Of a stretch of DNA of 52,063 nt, positions 15,527 to 25,842 are shown piece by piece. This DNA is from a bacterium (GTDB lineage: Bacteria; UBP15; UBA6099; JBFMBQ01): NCBI GenBank assembly GCA_040752295.1, contig JBFMFE010000081.1, positions 1-52,063 on the forward strand. The letters run 5' to 3'. Made by a program: the position numbers and the translations under genes. The notes under the pieces were generated by a model. That model had not been told where the DNA came from, searched no databases, and was given only the letters and a program-made list of their open reading frames with translations. The number at the start of each line of letters is the position of its first letter. The stretch's first letter is position 1.

Positions 15527-18500
15527 TCAAATCGTCGGTATGATCCTCGGCGTGATTACAACGATGATCTCGGACTCCTCTTCGCTCGTCGTCTTGCTCC
15601 TGAACATCTTCCCGAAAAGCGGAAGGTCCCCCAGCACGGGAACCTTATCTTTTATCTCGGTCTTGTAGGACTGTATCATCCCGCCGATTATCAACGGCTG
15701 ACCGTCTCTTAACTTCGCCTCGGTCTGAATCGACCTGTCGCCAACTATAGGGGCCTGGGACGTCACCCCCGAAACCGTGCTCTCCTCAGTGAAACCCTTC
15801 AGCGACGAATACTTCAAGTTAACGTTCATCACCACGGACCCGTCGTCCGTAAAGTGCGGCGTTATGTATATCGTGAATCCAATCTCTGCCTCGTCCGGTT
15901 GCGGCGTGACCACACCTTGATTGACGCTCACGCCCGCCACGTACGGGATCTTGTCCGTGAAATCCAGCTTCGCAAGCATGTTCTCCGCCGCGATGATTGA
16001 CGGCTCCGCGATGAAATTCCCGTTCTCCTCCGTTATAAGCGCCCTGAGAGTCGTGGCGAACTGCGTGACGAAATTCTCCGCCGTGTCGTACAGGAAAAAC
16101 CCGTTTATACCGGTGATCTGGTGATAGGGGTCACCAATGCCGTACTTCGGCGTCCCGTCATCATTATATCCGGTTATCACCGTAACGTTATGTGCGCTTA
16201 CGTTCCTGTTCTCACCCTCAGGGTGCGGATACTCACCGAAATTCGAATGGCTCGTGAATTTCCTGTCCTGGTACACGTACCCGAGGTTGACGTCCCTTCC
16301 CTTCTTTTTCCTCAATTCGACGACCTGAACGTCGAGCTTGATTTGAGGATAAGGCGTGTCTATCAGCCCGATCGCGTCCTCAACCCTCTTCACGTCGCTC
16401 TTCGTGCCCGACGCGACTATCGAATTCGTCATGTTCTCGGCATAGAGAACAAGCTTGTTGACGTCGCCGAAACCCGTCCCACCCTGCGTTCCCCCCTGCG
16501 TCCCCCCCCTGTACTGGTACATCGTTTTTACATCTTCGAAAACCAAATCCGTCTCGCCCGGCGGAAATTCGAAGGTGTCCGTGTGCTGTGTCGTCCCCGT
16601 GAAAAACCCCCCATCCTCCGGCAGTTTCATCTCTATTTCCCTCTTTGCGACGATCCCCTTTAGCAGCTCGACCGCCCTTTCAGCCTTCACGTACTTCAGC
16701 TTGAACTTCTTCACGACGAAGTCCGACGGCTCGCGGTCGAGACTCTTGAAAAACGTCTTTATCCTGTCCATGTACTGTCTCTGCGCGGCGATGATCACCG
16801 TGTTCGACACCGGGTTGTACGTGACCTTCGTGTTGGCGTCCTCCTGCCCGAACTTCCCGTACTCCTGCGTCCCCAGTATCGGCTTTATAAGCGTGTCCTC
16901 CATGCTCTTGAGGTCCTCCACACGCATGTTCTCCATCGCCACCGACTCGGTCAGGTACTCGCGCGTCTCCACGTCCACCGTGTTCAGCACCTGCATCATC
17001 CTGTCGTAGTCGTCCTCCGTCCCGATGAACGTTATCGAGTTCGTGTCCTCGCTGAAAAAATACTCGCTCGAACCCCGCCCCAGCAGCTCCTTCAATTTAT
17101 CCGCGAACCCCTGATCGCTCTGAAGGTCCGTCACGTTCACGTACTTGAGTGGTATCATCCTTATCACAGTCGCGCTGTACGGCGCGTCAAGCTGATCGAT
17201 CACCTTCTTCACCCGCTCGTAGTACTTCTCCCTGCCGACGTATATCAGCGAGTTCGTGGACTCATCGAAATACAGCGTGTTGTCGGACGACCACTCGTAC
17301 ACGGCGTACCCGAAATACATCTCGAGCTGCCCGAAGTACGGGTTGTCCATGAGCACCTTAACCTTGTCGTACAGGTCCTCCGCCCTTATGTACTTCAGCC
17401 TCACGACCCTCGTGACGAACTCCTGTATCTCCCTGTACGGCCGCGACACCTCCGCGCCCGTCTTTCCGTCCCTCACCTCCGGCGTGTCCAGCTCATCTAA
17501 CAGCCTCCTCACGCGCTCGAGGTCCTTCGGCGTCCCGCGCCATATCGCAATGTTTAGAACATCCTCGCAGAGAAAATAATCCTGCTCGTCAAGTTCCCCG
17601 GGTATCGGTATGATCGCGGACGCATACACCCCAAGGTTACATGCCTTCACGTACTTCGGCTTGTATATCAGCACGTCCATGTCCTGCGCGGGATCGAAAA
17701 ACCTGTGCGTGAAACTCAGCTCGAATCCGTACTCGTCCGTGTCGTCGTCCAGTATCACGTACGTGTTGCCCAGCTTCTGCCACTTCCAGTTGTTCGCGGA
17801 GGTTATCGCGTCCAGCGCGTCCTCCAGCGTCACGTTCGTGAGCGACACCGTGATCCCCACAGCCGCCGCGCTCACTCCCCCAGCCGCGCCCCCCGCCGTC
17901 TTCGCCTCCATCTGCTCGCGCAGTATCTCCCCGTCAACCACTATGTTCACTCCGCCGAATGCATCCGACAACAGACGCACCGCCTCGCTTATGTCCGCGT
18001 CCACGAGGTTGATCGGTCCCGTTATGAAAGGCGACGTGTCCTCCGCTTTCTCCCTCTCGGCGAGGTACCGCTCCCTCCCCCTTCCCTTCTCCTCCACCTC
18101 CCTTCCGGGAATCTTTATCGGCGGCGGCGCCCACTCGCCCTCCGCCGCCCTCTCCACCCCGCGCGCACCCGCACCCGCCACCGTGAGCGTGAACGTCTTC
18201 CCGTCCGGCGATACATCGAAATCGAACTGCCCGCGCTCATACATGTTCACCGACACGAACGTCGAGGTCTGTCCGTTTATCGTCTGCTCGGTCACCCTCA
18301 CGTCATCCACGTTCCCCTCGTTCACGGGCACGCTGTCGTACGGCACGTCCTTCTGCGTATCGTAAAACTGCACCACGACGTGGGGGGGCGACTTGTACTC
18401 GCTCACCTTGTACTTCAAACGCTCCGCGCCCGCCGCCTTCACCTGCACCCCCTCCGCCGTCGCCTGCACGTTCAGCTTCTCCAGCCTGTTCGCCTCCGCG

Positions 18501-18568
18501 CGCCACGGGCAGAAAAAGAAACACGCCGCCGCGGCGCCGGCGGCAGCGATCAACCCGGCGCGGCGCAC
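15527..18568 (-). CDS. pilQ: Type IV pilus secretin PilQ-like (AMIN domain, multiple Secretin_N repeats, secretin domain)
   Basis: Signal peptide; about 5 'xLKYxxAxxL..TNS.I..G....I.LD' repeats; C-terminal QIKLDVQVVE..KVPVLGDLPLFGKMFRS..IVVITPRII; last gene after pilMNOP. Confidence 0.88.
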   Translation of the reverse strand: MRRAGLIAAAGAAAACFFFCPWRAEANRLEKLNVQATAEGVQVKAAGAERLKYKVSEYKSPPHVVVQFYDTQKDVPYDSVPVNEGNVDDVRVTEQTINGQTSTFVSVNMYERGQFDFDVSPDGKTFTLTVAGAGARGVERAAEGEWAPPPIKIPGREVEEKGRGRERYLAEREKAEDTSPFITGPINLVDADISEAVRLLSDAFGGVNIVVDGEILREQMEAKTAGGAAGGVSAAAVGITVSLTNVTLEDALDAITSANNWKWQKLGNTYVILDDDTDEYGFELSFTHRFFDPAQDMDVLIYKPKYVKACNLGVYASAIIPIPGELDEQDYFLCEDVLNIAIWRGTPKDLERVRRLLDELDTPEVRDGKTGAEVSRPYREIQEFVTRVVRLKYIRAEDLYDKVKVLMDNPYFGQLEMYFGYAVYEWSSDNTLYFDESTNSLIYVGREKYYERVKKVIDQLDAPYSATVIRMIPLKYVNVTDLQSDQGFADKLKELLGRGSSEYFFSEDTNSITFIGTEDDYDRMMQVLNTVDVETREYLTESVAMENMRVEDLKSMEDTLIKPILGTQEYGKFGQEDANTKVTYNPVSNTVIIAAQRQYMDRIKTFFKSLDREPSDFVVKKFKLKYVKAERAVELLKGIVAKREIEMKLPEDGGFFTGTTQHTDTFEFPPGETDLVFEDVKTMYQYRGGTQGGTQGGTGFGDVNKLVLYAENMTNSIVASGTKSDVKRVEDAIGLIDTPYPQIKLDVQVVELRKKKGRDVNLGYVYQDRKFTSHSNFGEYPHPEGENRNVSAHNVTVITGYNDDGTPKYGIGDPYHQITGINGFFLYDTAENFVTQFATTLRALITEENGNFIAEPSIIAAENMLAKLDFTDKIPYVAGVSVNQGVVTPQPDEAEIGFTIYITPHFTDDGSVVMNVNLKYSSLKGFTEESTVSGVTSQAPIVGDRSIQTEAKLRDGQPLIIGGMIQSYKTEIKDKVPVLGDLPLFGKMFRSKTTSEEESEIIVVITPRIIPTI

Positions 18569-18638
18569 GCCGACCGCCCGCGCCCCCGGCGCCAGGGACC
18601 CCCCGCCGGCTCCGAACGAAACCGCGGTCCTTATAACG

Positions 18639-19406
18639 CTACCCCCCCTTCTTTTTCTCCTCGGTCTCCTTTTCCTTCAGGTAATCCATAAAATCCTTGG
18701 GCTGCGGCGCCGCCTCCTCGCCGAACTCCGGCGCCCGCTCTCCGTATTTCTGCTCGAGGTAATCCCTGTAGTAATCGTTCAGGTTCGGTATCTTCCCCTC
18801 CTGCATCTCCTCCGGCTTCTGCGGCGCGACCCTCCGCCGGACCCTCATCCCCAGCACCGTCGTCTTCCCCTCTTTCTCAAGATGTACCTCCGTGCTCCTT
18901 ATTTCCTTCACAACCGAGTCCCCTTTCAGCGTCTCACCCTCCTCCACCACAACGCTCTCGGTGCCCATCTCCACGAGGGCGAACGTCCCGAACTGCCCCT
19001 TCGCCGTCCCCACCAGCCTGAACCGCTCCGGCGCGACCCTCTTCACCCAGTCTATCGGCGCCATGGATATCGGAACCGGCTTGAACGGGTCCTCCCTGCC
19101 CGTCTTCTTGCTGAAATTGGGATTGATCATGTCAAATCCCGTGTCCTTTATCAGCTTCTTCTTTCTGTCCTCCTTCGTCTCGGGCTTCTCCGCCCCTTCG
19201 GCGCCCGCCGCCTCGGCGCCCTCCACCGCTCTCCCCCCCTCGACCGTCGCGCGCAGCGGCGCCGCCGCCCTTTGCACGGACTCCGGCGGCGCCGCCGCCT
19301 GCCGCTGTCCCCCGCCCTTGCCCCCGCAGCCCGCCGCGCCGATGCACAAAACCGCCGCCACAGCCCACGGAATGCCCCCCCTGCAAAACTCCTTTAAACG
19401 GCTCAT
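18639..19406 (-). CDS. PilP-position lipoprotein
   Basis: Lipobox-like IGAAGC; REDPFKP..FRLVGT..ALVE..GETL pattern; lies between pilO and pilQ; start at MSRLK with GAAGGG RBS (track ORF runs to 19454). Confidence 0.65.
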   Translation of the reverse strand: MSRLKEFCRGGIPWAVAAVLCIGAAGCGGKGGGQRQAAAPPESVQRAAAPLRATVEGGRAVEGAEAAGAEGAEKPETKEDRKKKLIKDTGFDMINPNFSKKTGREDPFKPVPISMAPIDWVKRVAPERFRLVGTAKGQFGTFALVEMGTESVVVEEGETLKGDSVVKEIRSTEVHLEKEGKTTVLGMRVRRRVAPQKPEEMQEGKIPNLNDYYRDYLEQKYGERAPEFGEEAAPQPKDFMDYLKEKETEEKKKGG

Positions 19407-19527
19407 CCCTTCACCGCAAACGGTTTCAAGAATTTCATATCTTTTTAGCTTCACGCGGCGCCCCTGTCAACACCGCCGGCAGGACACGCGGGCGGAATCG
19501 CCTGCGCCGGGCGTTACCGCCGCCGCC

Positions 19528-20217
19528 TCACTGAAGCGCCACCGGCGCGCGCCTCTTCTGTATGTAAAACGTGAGAGGCATCGTCACCTTCAGCATCCCA
19601 GCCTTCTCGGGCGGCGTCTTCCCCTGACCCTGCCCCCCCGCCGCGGCGCCGGCGGTCGTAACCTTGAAGTTGTTCACCACCACGAGCTTCGGGAACGACG
19701 TCAGCTCCGACATGAAATCGTACAGCGCCTTGTAGCTCCCCTCCGCGTCGAACTCCACTATCGAGGTCGTGTACTCTTTCTGGGCGTCGAACGCGAACTC
19801 TTCCTGCTGGGCGGGCTGCTGCCCCGCCGGCGCTTTCCCCGCTTTCTCCTCGCCGGCTTTTTCCCCGGTCGTCGGCGTCTTCGGCGCTATCTTCGTTATG
19901 TCAAGCTGCGTCGCCGACGCGAGCTGCTCGATCTGCAGAAGCACCGTGGGAACGAACATCTCCTCGGGAAAAAACTTCTCGAGATGCTCGATCTCAGCCT
20001 TCAGCCTCTCGTTCTCAAGCCGCGTGTCGGCGAGCAGCTTCTTCGTAAGCTCTATCTCCCGCACGTCCCTCTGCTTCTTCTGCGCCTCCTCCTTCAGTTC
20101 CACTATCCGCGCCGTCTGCGGAACGTAGTAATACATGTAGTACACCACGGCAAGCGCCGCCTCCACTATGATCAAGAGCGCGAAAATCTGGTTGCGCGAG
20201 ACCCTCCCGACTTCCAC
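19528..20217 (-). CDS. pilO: Type IV pilus assembly protein PilO
   Basis: N-terminal TM helix and coiled coil, 'P.VLLQIEQLA', 'GSYKALYDFMSEL..PKLVVV'; operon position. Confidence 0.85.
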   Translation of the reverse strand: MEVGRVSRNQIFALLIIVEAALAVVYYMYYYVPQTARIVELKEEAQKKQRDVREIELTKKLLADTRLENERLKAEIEHLEKFFPEEMFVPTVLLQIEQLASATQLDITKIAPKTPTTGEKAGEEKAGKAPAGQQPAQQEEFAFDAQKEYTTSIVEFDAEGSYKALYDFMSELTSFPKLVVVNNFKVTTAGAAAGGQGQGKTPPEKAGMLKVTMPLTFYIQKRRAPVALQ

Positions 20218-20220
20218 GGC

Positions 20221-20811
20221 TCAGCCCTCACCCTCCTTCTTCGCCGTCAGCGCCATCGTCCCCTTCACCTGGAACTTCTTCGACAGCGCCTCCGCGACCG
20301 TCTCGCCCGTCTTGCTCGCGCCGATGCTCGACGTCGCCCCCGTGAGCGACACCGAACTCACGTAGTCTATCGAGTAAAGCTGGAGCATGAAGTACCCTAT
20401 CGCCGAGTACGTGTACGTGTTGCCGCTTATCGTGAACTCGCCCGTCCTGTTCGCGTCCAGACTCGATATCCACACGTCCGTCGGCATGTTCGCCGTGAAC
20501 ATGTCCAGAAAATCCAGCCACAACTCCTGATTGTGCGATATGTTCACGACGAAATCCCGCTTCCCCGTCAGGTACTTCTTCTCAAGCTGCGCCTCCTCAA
20601 ATTCCTTCAGTATCCTCTGGAAATCCCTCAGCTTGAAATCCGCCTTCCTTATCTGAGTGTTGAGATCGATCACCTGAACGTTCATGTTCCAGGTCAGCGC
20701 GCCCGTCACGACCGCCAGCGCCGCAAGAAGCACGAGCGGAATCCAGAGCGGAAGCTGCACGCCTTCCCGCTCCTCGATTATTATCTTCGGCTGTAAGTTT
20801 ACCCTGATCAT
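20221..20811 (-). CDS. pilN: Type IV pilus assembly protein PilN
   Basis: MIRVNLQP (INLLP-type motif), TM helix, 'W..FLD...MPTDVWISSL'. Confidence 0.88.
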   Translation of the reverse strand: MIRVNLQPKIIIEEREGVQLPLWIPLVLLAALAVVTGALTWNMNVQVIDLNTQIRKADFKLRDFQRILKEFEEAQLEKKYLTGKRDFVVNISHNQELWLDFLDMFTANMPTDVWISSLDANRTGEFTISGNTYTYSAIGYFMLQLYSIDYVSSVSLTGATSSIGASKTGETVAEALSKKFQVKGTMALTAKKEGEG

Positions 20812-20847
20812 CTAACGCCCCGCCGGTCCCGACGCCCTCCGCCGCCC

Positions 20848-22047
20848 TCAGCTCACTCCCGCGGAATGCGCAGCGCTCCCGAATTCATACCCAAGCTCCA
20901 CGGCGACCGGCATCGTGAAACGCCCCAGCACGCGCGGCGGCATCTGCCTCAGCGAAAGCCCCACCGCCACTCCCATGTACGGCACCTTCGGCGACAACTC
21001 CTCCACCTCCCTGTCCCCCACGTACACCACGTTCGCAAGCGGGTTCGCGTACCCCACCGGTATCCCGATCTCGTCCTCGAAAAACTTCCTTATCCCCTTC
21101 ATAAGCGAACCGCCGCCCGTCAGTATTATCCTGTTGACCGCCTCCCCGCGGTACTTGGACGTGTAGTACGCTATCGAACGCCTCACCTCCATCGCCAGAT
21201 TCTCAAGGTGCGAGCGTATCAGCTCGTGTATCTCCCGCGACTCTCCGTCAACTCCGGCGCCCTCGTCAACCACCGCCACCGCCTTTTCCTTCTTCAACTT
21301 CTCGGCGTCTAAAAAACTCATGTCGAACCCCGACTCGATCGCGTGCGTGAACGTGTCTCCCCCGATGGCGAATATGCGCGTGAACCTCAGACTCCCCCCG
21401 GCTATGATGCTCAGCCCGGTCGAACTCGCGCCCATTTCCATGAGCATGATCGTCTGCTGAAACGTCTCCTGCTCGTTGAACAGCCCTGCCTCCACCACCG
21501 ACCTCATCAGCACGAACGGCTCAACGTCCACCTCCACGGAGTCCAGCCCGCCGTGCCGAAGCGACTCCACGCGCTTCTGCACCGAATCCTTGTGCGACGC
21601 CACGAACAGCACGCTCACCTGCTTCCGATCCCCAGTCTCCTGCGTACCCAGCACCTGGTAATCGTACTCCATCTCGTCCAGCGGAAACTGCAGGAAACGC
21701 TCCACCTCCCCAATCGTCGCCACCTTAACCTCCCTGTCGCTCAATCCCGCCGGCAGGTTCACCGTCCGTATCGTCACCAGCCGCCCGGGAAGCGCGCACA
21801 CCGCCTTCCTCTCCTTTATCCCGAAGTATTTCACTATCTGCTGCAACGCCTCGCCGACCGCTTCGGGGTTGTTGAGTATCCCGTCCGTCACCGCTCCCTG
21901 CGGCGTCGCGGATATCCCGTAACTCTGAAGCTGAATCCCCTGCGACGTCGGGTTTAACTGCGCCACCTTGACGTAGCGCGTCCCGATGTCAACGCCTATC
22001 CTCGCCTTCGCTCCGCTCGCTCCTATTCCGAACAACGCCACCTTCAC
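20848..22047 (-). CDS. pilM: Type IV pilus assembly protein PilM
   Basis: IGVDIGTRYVKVAQL, MEMGASST, GGDTFT, ILTGGGS actin-like motifs. Confidence 0.93.
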   Translation of the reverse strand: MKVALFGIGASGAKARIGVDIGTRYVKVAQLNPTSQGIQLQSYGISATPQGAVTDGILNNPEAVGEALQQIVKYFGIKERKAVCALPGRLVTIRTVNLPAGLSDREVKVATIGEVERFLQFPLDEMEYDYQVLGTQETGDRKQVSVLFVASHKDSVQKRVESLRHGGLDSVEVDVEPFVLMRSVVEAGLFNEQETFQQTIMLMEMGASSTGLSIIAGGSLRFTRIFAIGGDTFTHAIESGFDMSFLDAEKLKKEKAVAVVDEGAGVDGESREIHELIRSHLENLAMEVRRSIAYYTSKYRGEAVNRIILTGGGSLMKGIRKFFEDEIGIPVGYANPLANVVYVGDREVEELSPKVPYMGVAVGLSLRQMPPRVLGRFTMPVAVELGYEFGSAAHSAGVS

Positions 22048-22329
22048 AACCCTCCGGTCTTCAACGTGGAGGCGTTAACGCGCTCGCCCCGCCGCCCCGC
22101 CTCGCTCACACTTATATTTACCCCTATTGTCGCATAAAAAAACGAGCCTGGCCACTAACCACACATTATCTGCCTCCAGCCCAATAACCGAAACCCGCGT
22201 CCGTTTTATCGCCTGCGCCCTGCTCACTCTCCACCGTAAAAATCGAACTCCGCTTTCTTTTTACCACCTGCCCCACCCGCCCCCTTCCTCTCCGCTCTTC
22301 TCGCCCCGCACGCTGCACCCTAACCCCCC

Positions 22330-23145
22330 TCATCCCGCCTTCCTGCGCGCCTGCTCCAACCGCTTCTTCCCCCTCCCTCCTTCGTAATCGGGGTCAATCT
22401 CAAGCGCCTTCTCGATATACGGAAGCGCCTCCTTCCACCGCCCGAAATCCGCGTATATGTCCCCGATCGTGAAATGCGCCCACGCGTCCAGTTCCGGAAT
22501 CATAACCCCCGCCTTCTCAAGCCACTTCGCCCCCTCCTCCTCCCTCCCCAACCCGAAAAGCGCCCACCCCAGATATATCATCGCCGTCGTCCGCCCAGGC
22601 TCCGTCTCCAGCGCCGTCTCGCACTTCTTCCTCGCTTCATCCCAGTTCCTGAAAAATATGTCCGCACGCGCAAGCCCCGTGTTGGCGCACGCGTTCCTCG
22701 GCTCCAGCTCAAGCGCCTTCGTCAGCGGCCCCTTCGCCTCCATCTGCAGCTTCAATCCCTTCGCCTTGTTTATCACGCCCGAATTCTTCAGCTCATCCCC
22801 CTTCGACGCCATCGCGTACCCGAGATAACAAAAACTGTTCGCGTGCCGGGGGTTCAACTCCGTCGCACGCCTCAAATGCTCGATCGCCTTGTCGAACCGC
22901 CTCATGTACTGATAGTTCCTGCCGATGTAATAGTGCAACATGCCGTCGTCGGGCGCTCGCTCGAGCAGCCCGCTGAACACCTTCAGCGACTCCTCGTACC
23001 TGCTGTCATCCAGCAGCGCGACACCCTTCGCCAGCGCCGCCCCGAAATCCACCTCCCCGGCGGCGGCAAAACCCGCGAGCATGAACGCGGTAAAAATCAC
23101 CGCCGTCCTCACGTTAACAAAAAACGTCCTCCGCAACCGTTCCAT
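22330..23145 (-). CDS. Exported tetratricopeptide-repeat protein
   Basis: Hydrophobic signal/TM segment followed by several TPR units (A..L.P..); start uncertain (23145 or 23220). Confidence 0.8.
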   Translation of the reverse strand: MERLRRTFFVNVRTAVIFTAFMLAGFAAAGEVDFGAALAKGVALLDDSRYEESLKVFSGLLERAPDDGMLHYYIGRNYQYMRRFDKAIEHLRRATELNPRHANSFCYLGYAMASKGDELKNSGVINKAKGLKLQMEAKGPLTKALELEPRNACANTGLARADIFFRNWDEARKKCETALETEPGRTTAMIYLGWALFGLGREEEGAKWLEKAGVMIPELDAWAHFTIGDIYADFGRWKEALPYIEKALEIDPDYEGGRGKKRLEQARRKAG

Positions 23146-23197
23146 CCCCGAAATTATATTCCCGTTCAGCCGGAAAATAAAATCCGCCGCTCTACCC

Positions 23198-23395
23198 CTA
23201 ATCCTCCCGCTCCAGCTCAAGCAGTATCCTGTGCTCGATCAGGTTTATCTCTTTCAACCTCGCCGACAGCACCTTCTGCTCGCCGAAAATGTTCCTCAAC
23301 AGTATCTTCCCACCCTCCGGTCGCACTATCTCGACGTCGGACAGCACCAGTTCCTCCCTGCCGCCGCGAACCACGTACGCGCTCGCTTCACACAT
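23198..23395 (-). CDS. cooT: CooT-family nickel-binding protein
   Basis: MCEASAY..L.DV..L.NIFGEQK..I.L.EHRI with Cys2 and a C-terminal His; GGAG RBS. Confidence 0.85.
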   Translation of the reverse strand: MCEASAYVVRGGREELVLSDVEIVRPEGGKILLRNIFGEQKVLSARLKEINLIEHRILLELERED

Positions 23396-23621
23396 CTCCT
23401 CTGCCTCCCTTTCCCGATGCCGGCTCCTCCTTTATCCTACCCCTCACCCCGCCGGTCAACAACGACTATCGTCATCTTCCCCCCATCCCGCTTCCCTGAC
23501 CCGCCGCTGAACGATGTTTTTTTCATGCCGCGCCGACTACCCTCTCGGCAACGCGACTCGCCCACGGCGCCCCGACGTGCACCCCCCCCCAACCCACCGC
23601 CGCGGTCACGACATCAAACGA

Positions 23622-24905
23622 TTACCTCCTCCCTTTCCCCGCACGCACTATCCGCTCCTCACCCCCCATATACTTCCGCAGAACCTCGGGGACCTCCACG
23701 CTGCCGTCCTCACGCAGGTAAGTCTCCAGTATCGCGACCATCAAACGCGACGTCGCAAGCCCGGACCCGTTAAGCGTGTGGACAAGCCTCGGACGACCCC
23801 CGCCCGACGGATAATACCTTATCCCGCCCCTCCTCGCCTGGTAATCCTCGCAATTGCTGCACGACGACACCTCGTAGTACCCCCCCTGCCCCGGCAGCCA
23901 TACCTCTATGTCCACCGTCTTAGCCGACTGCATCGCCATGTCCCCCGTAACAAGCAGCGTCACACGGTAGTGCAGTCCGAGCCGCCTCACGAGGTCCTCC
24001 GCGTCACCCACAAGCTTATCAAACTCGCCGTATGAACTCTCCGGCGTCGTGTACTTGAACATCTCCACCTTGTTGAACTGGTGCGTCCGTATAAGCCCCC
24101 TCTCATCCCTCCCGTGCGTCCCCGCCTCTCTCCTGAAATTCGCGGTGTAGGAACAGTAATATAAAGGCAGGTCTTCCTCCCTCAATATCTCATCCCTGTG
24201 CATGTTCGCAAGCGGCACTTCCGACGTCGGTATCAGGTACAACTCGTCATCCCTGCACCTGAAAAGCTGCTCCTCGAATTTCGGCAGGTTGCCCGACGTG
24301 TACATCGTTTCCGCGTTTACAAGGTACGGCGGCAGCACCAGCTCGTAGCCCTTCTCCCTCGTATTCACTTCGATCATGTAGCTGATCAAACCCCATTCCA
24401 TAACCGCCCCTTTACCTCTGTATAGGGAAAAATTGCCTCTGCTTATCTTTGCCCCCCTCTCCATGTCAATCATTCCCAGTTCTTTCGCTATCTCAATGTG
24501 GCTTCTATCTCTTTTCACCGCCTTCTCCCCCCACTCCCTTAAAATCAGCTTGTCATCGGGGCTCTCACTGACGGGCACTGTCTCATGCGGAATATTCGGT
24601 AAATACGACAACTTTTCGTAAAGTCTCTCCCTTGCCTCTTTGACTCTTAAATCTAATTCTTTGACCCCCAATGATACTTTCTTCATCTCTTCTATTTTTA
24701 CATTTTTTTCTTCGCCTTCTTCCATAAAGCCAATCTCTTTCGAAACCACGTTTCTAATGTTTCTCAATTCATCACTCCTCGTCTTCAACCTTCTGTACTC
24801 ATTATCGAGAATTATTACCTCATCAATTCTATTATTTTTACCTCTCTTCCTGAGGTTTTTTTCCACTTCTTCGGGCTTTTCCCTTATCAGTCTCAGGTCT
24901 ATCAT
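23622..24905 (-). CDS. serS: Serine--tRNA ligase
   Basis: LIPTSEVPL, FRREAG..GLIRTHQFNKVE, EVSSCSNC, HTLNGSGLA. Confidence 0.98.
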   Translation of the reverse strand: MIDLRLIREKPEEVEKNLRKRGKNNRIDEVIILDNEYRRLKTRSDELRNIRNVVSKEIGFMEEGEEKNVKIEEMKKVSLGVKELDLRVKEARERLYEKLSYLPNIPHETVPVSESPDDKLILREWGEKAVKRDRSHIEIAKELGMIDMERGAKISRGNFSLYRGKGAVMEWGLISYMIEVNTREKGYELVLPPYLVNAETMYTSGNLPKFEEQLFRCRDDELYLIPTSEVPLANMHRDEILREEDLPLYYCSYTANFRREAGTHGRDERGLIRTHQFNKVEMFKYTTPESSYGEFDKLVGDAEDLVRRLGLHYRVTLLVTGDMAMQSAKTVDIEVWLPGQGGYYEVSSCSNCEDYQARRGGIRYYPSGGGRPRLVHTLNGSGLATSRLMVAILETYLREDGSVEVPEVLRKYMGGEERIVRAGKGRR

Positions 24906-25045
24906 GCTCCGCCCTTCCCTCCTTTTTAATTCTTTGCGACTCTTCTTAAAGGGCTTTGTTTTGCCCTCTTTTCGAGTCTTATGAAATTCTCCCCCGCAGA
25001 CCCTTCATTGATCAACCAAAAACCACAAAACCGCAGAGCCTTTCA

Positions 25046-25840
25046 TCATGTTCGTGCTTTTTGTGTTTCAAAAATTTCTATTATCCTTTCTAAATCCTCC
25101 CTGTCATAAAACTCTATCTCCACCCTGCCTCCTCTCCCATTCTTCACAATCTTCACCCTTGTTCCAAACCGTTCCGAAAGAAACTCCATTATGTCCCGTT
25201 CTTCCCCGGTTATGTTGTCACCCTCTCTCCTGTTTCTGCCCCCCCCTCTCTGAAGGAACCTTACCACATCTTCACACTCCCTCACTGTCATCCCCCTCGA
25301 ACATATCCTCTTTATTATATTTTTCATCGCCGTCTCGCTTTTCAACCCCAGCAAAGCCCTCGCATGACCTTCCGTTATTTCCTTCTTTCTCAACGCCGTT
25401 TTTACACTCTCCGGCAAATCGAGTAACCTCAGCGTGTTCGCTATCGCCGGTCTCGACATACCGAATGACTCCGCTATCTCCCTCTGCGTCATGTCGAAAT
25501 CCTTCATCAGACTTCTGAATCCTTCCGCCTTCTCTATCGGCGATATATCCTCCCTGTGAAGGTTCTCGATCAGCGCTATCTCAAGCATCTCCCTTTCGTC
25601 CGTTTCCTTTTCAATTACTGGGACTTCCTTCAATCCCGCCTCTATCGCAGCCCGGTATCTTCTCTCTCCGGCTATTATTTGATACATCCCGTCAGTCTCA
25701 TCGAACCTGACAAGTATCGGCTGCAACATTCCATGCTTCTTTATTGATGCGGTTATCTCTTGCATCTTCGACCCATAAACGTATTTTCTCGGTTGGTAAG
25801 GATTGGGCTTTAAAGCTTCAATTTTTACGTTTTTTACCAA
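25046..25840 (-). CDS. parB: ParB/Spo0J partition protein
   Basis: PNPYQPR, IIAGERRYRAA, ALIENLHREDI, SRPAIANTLRLL, EGHARALL. Confidence 0.92.
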   Translation of the reverse strand: MVKNVKIEALKPNPYQPRKYVYGSKMQEITASIKKHGMLQPILVRFDETDGMYQIIAGERRYRAAIEAGLKEVPVIEKETDEREMLEIALIENLHREDISPIEKAEGFRSLMKDFDMTQREIAESFGMSRPAIANTLRLLDLPESVKTALRKKEITEGHARALLGLKSETAMKNIIKRICSRGMTVRECEDVVRFLQRGGGRNRREGDNITGEERDIMEFLSERFGTRVKIVKNGRGGRVEIEFYDREDLERIIEIFETQKART

Positions 25841-25842
25841 TC

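Noticed and set aside
16476-16512. GGTQ tandem repeat in the secretin
   Set aside because: Ordinary low-complexity linker.
23396-23621. Extremely C-rich gap between serS and cooT; possible tRNA-Ser
   Set aside because: No cloverleaf, TTCG T-loop or CCA end pattern visible.
24906-25045. Possible T-box leader before serS
   Set aside because: Only 140 nt; a hairpin is present but there is no TGGNACC T-box or terminator.
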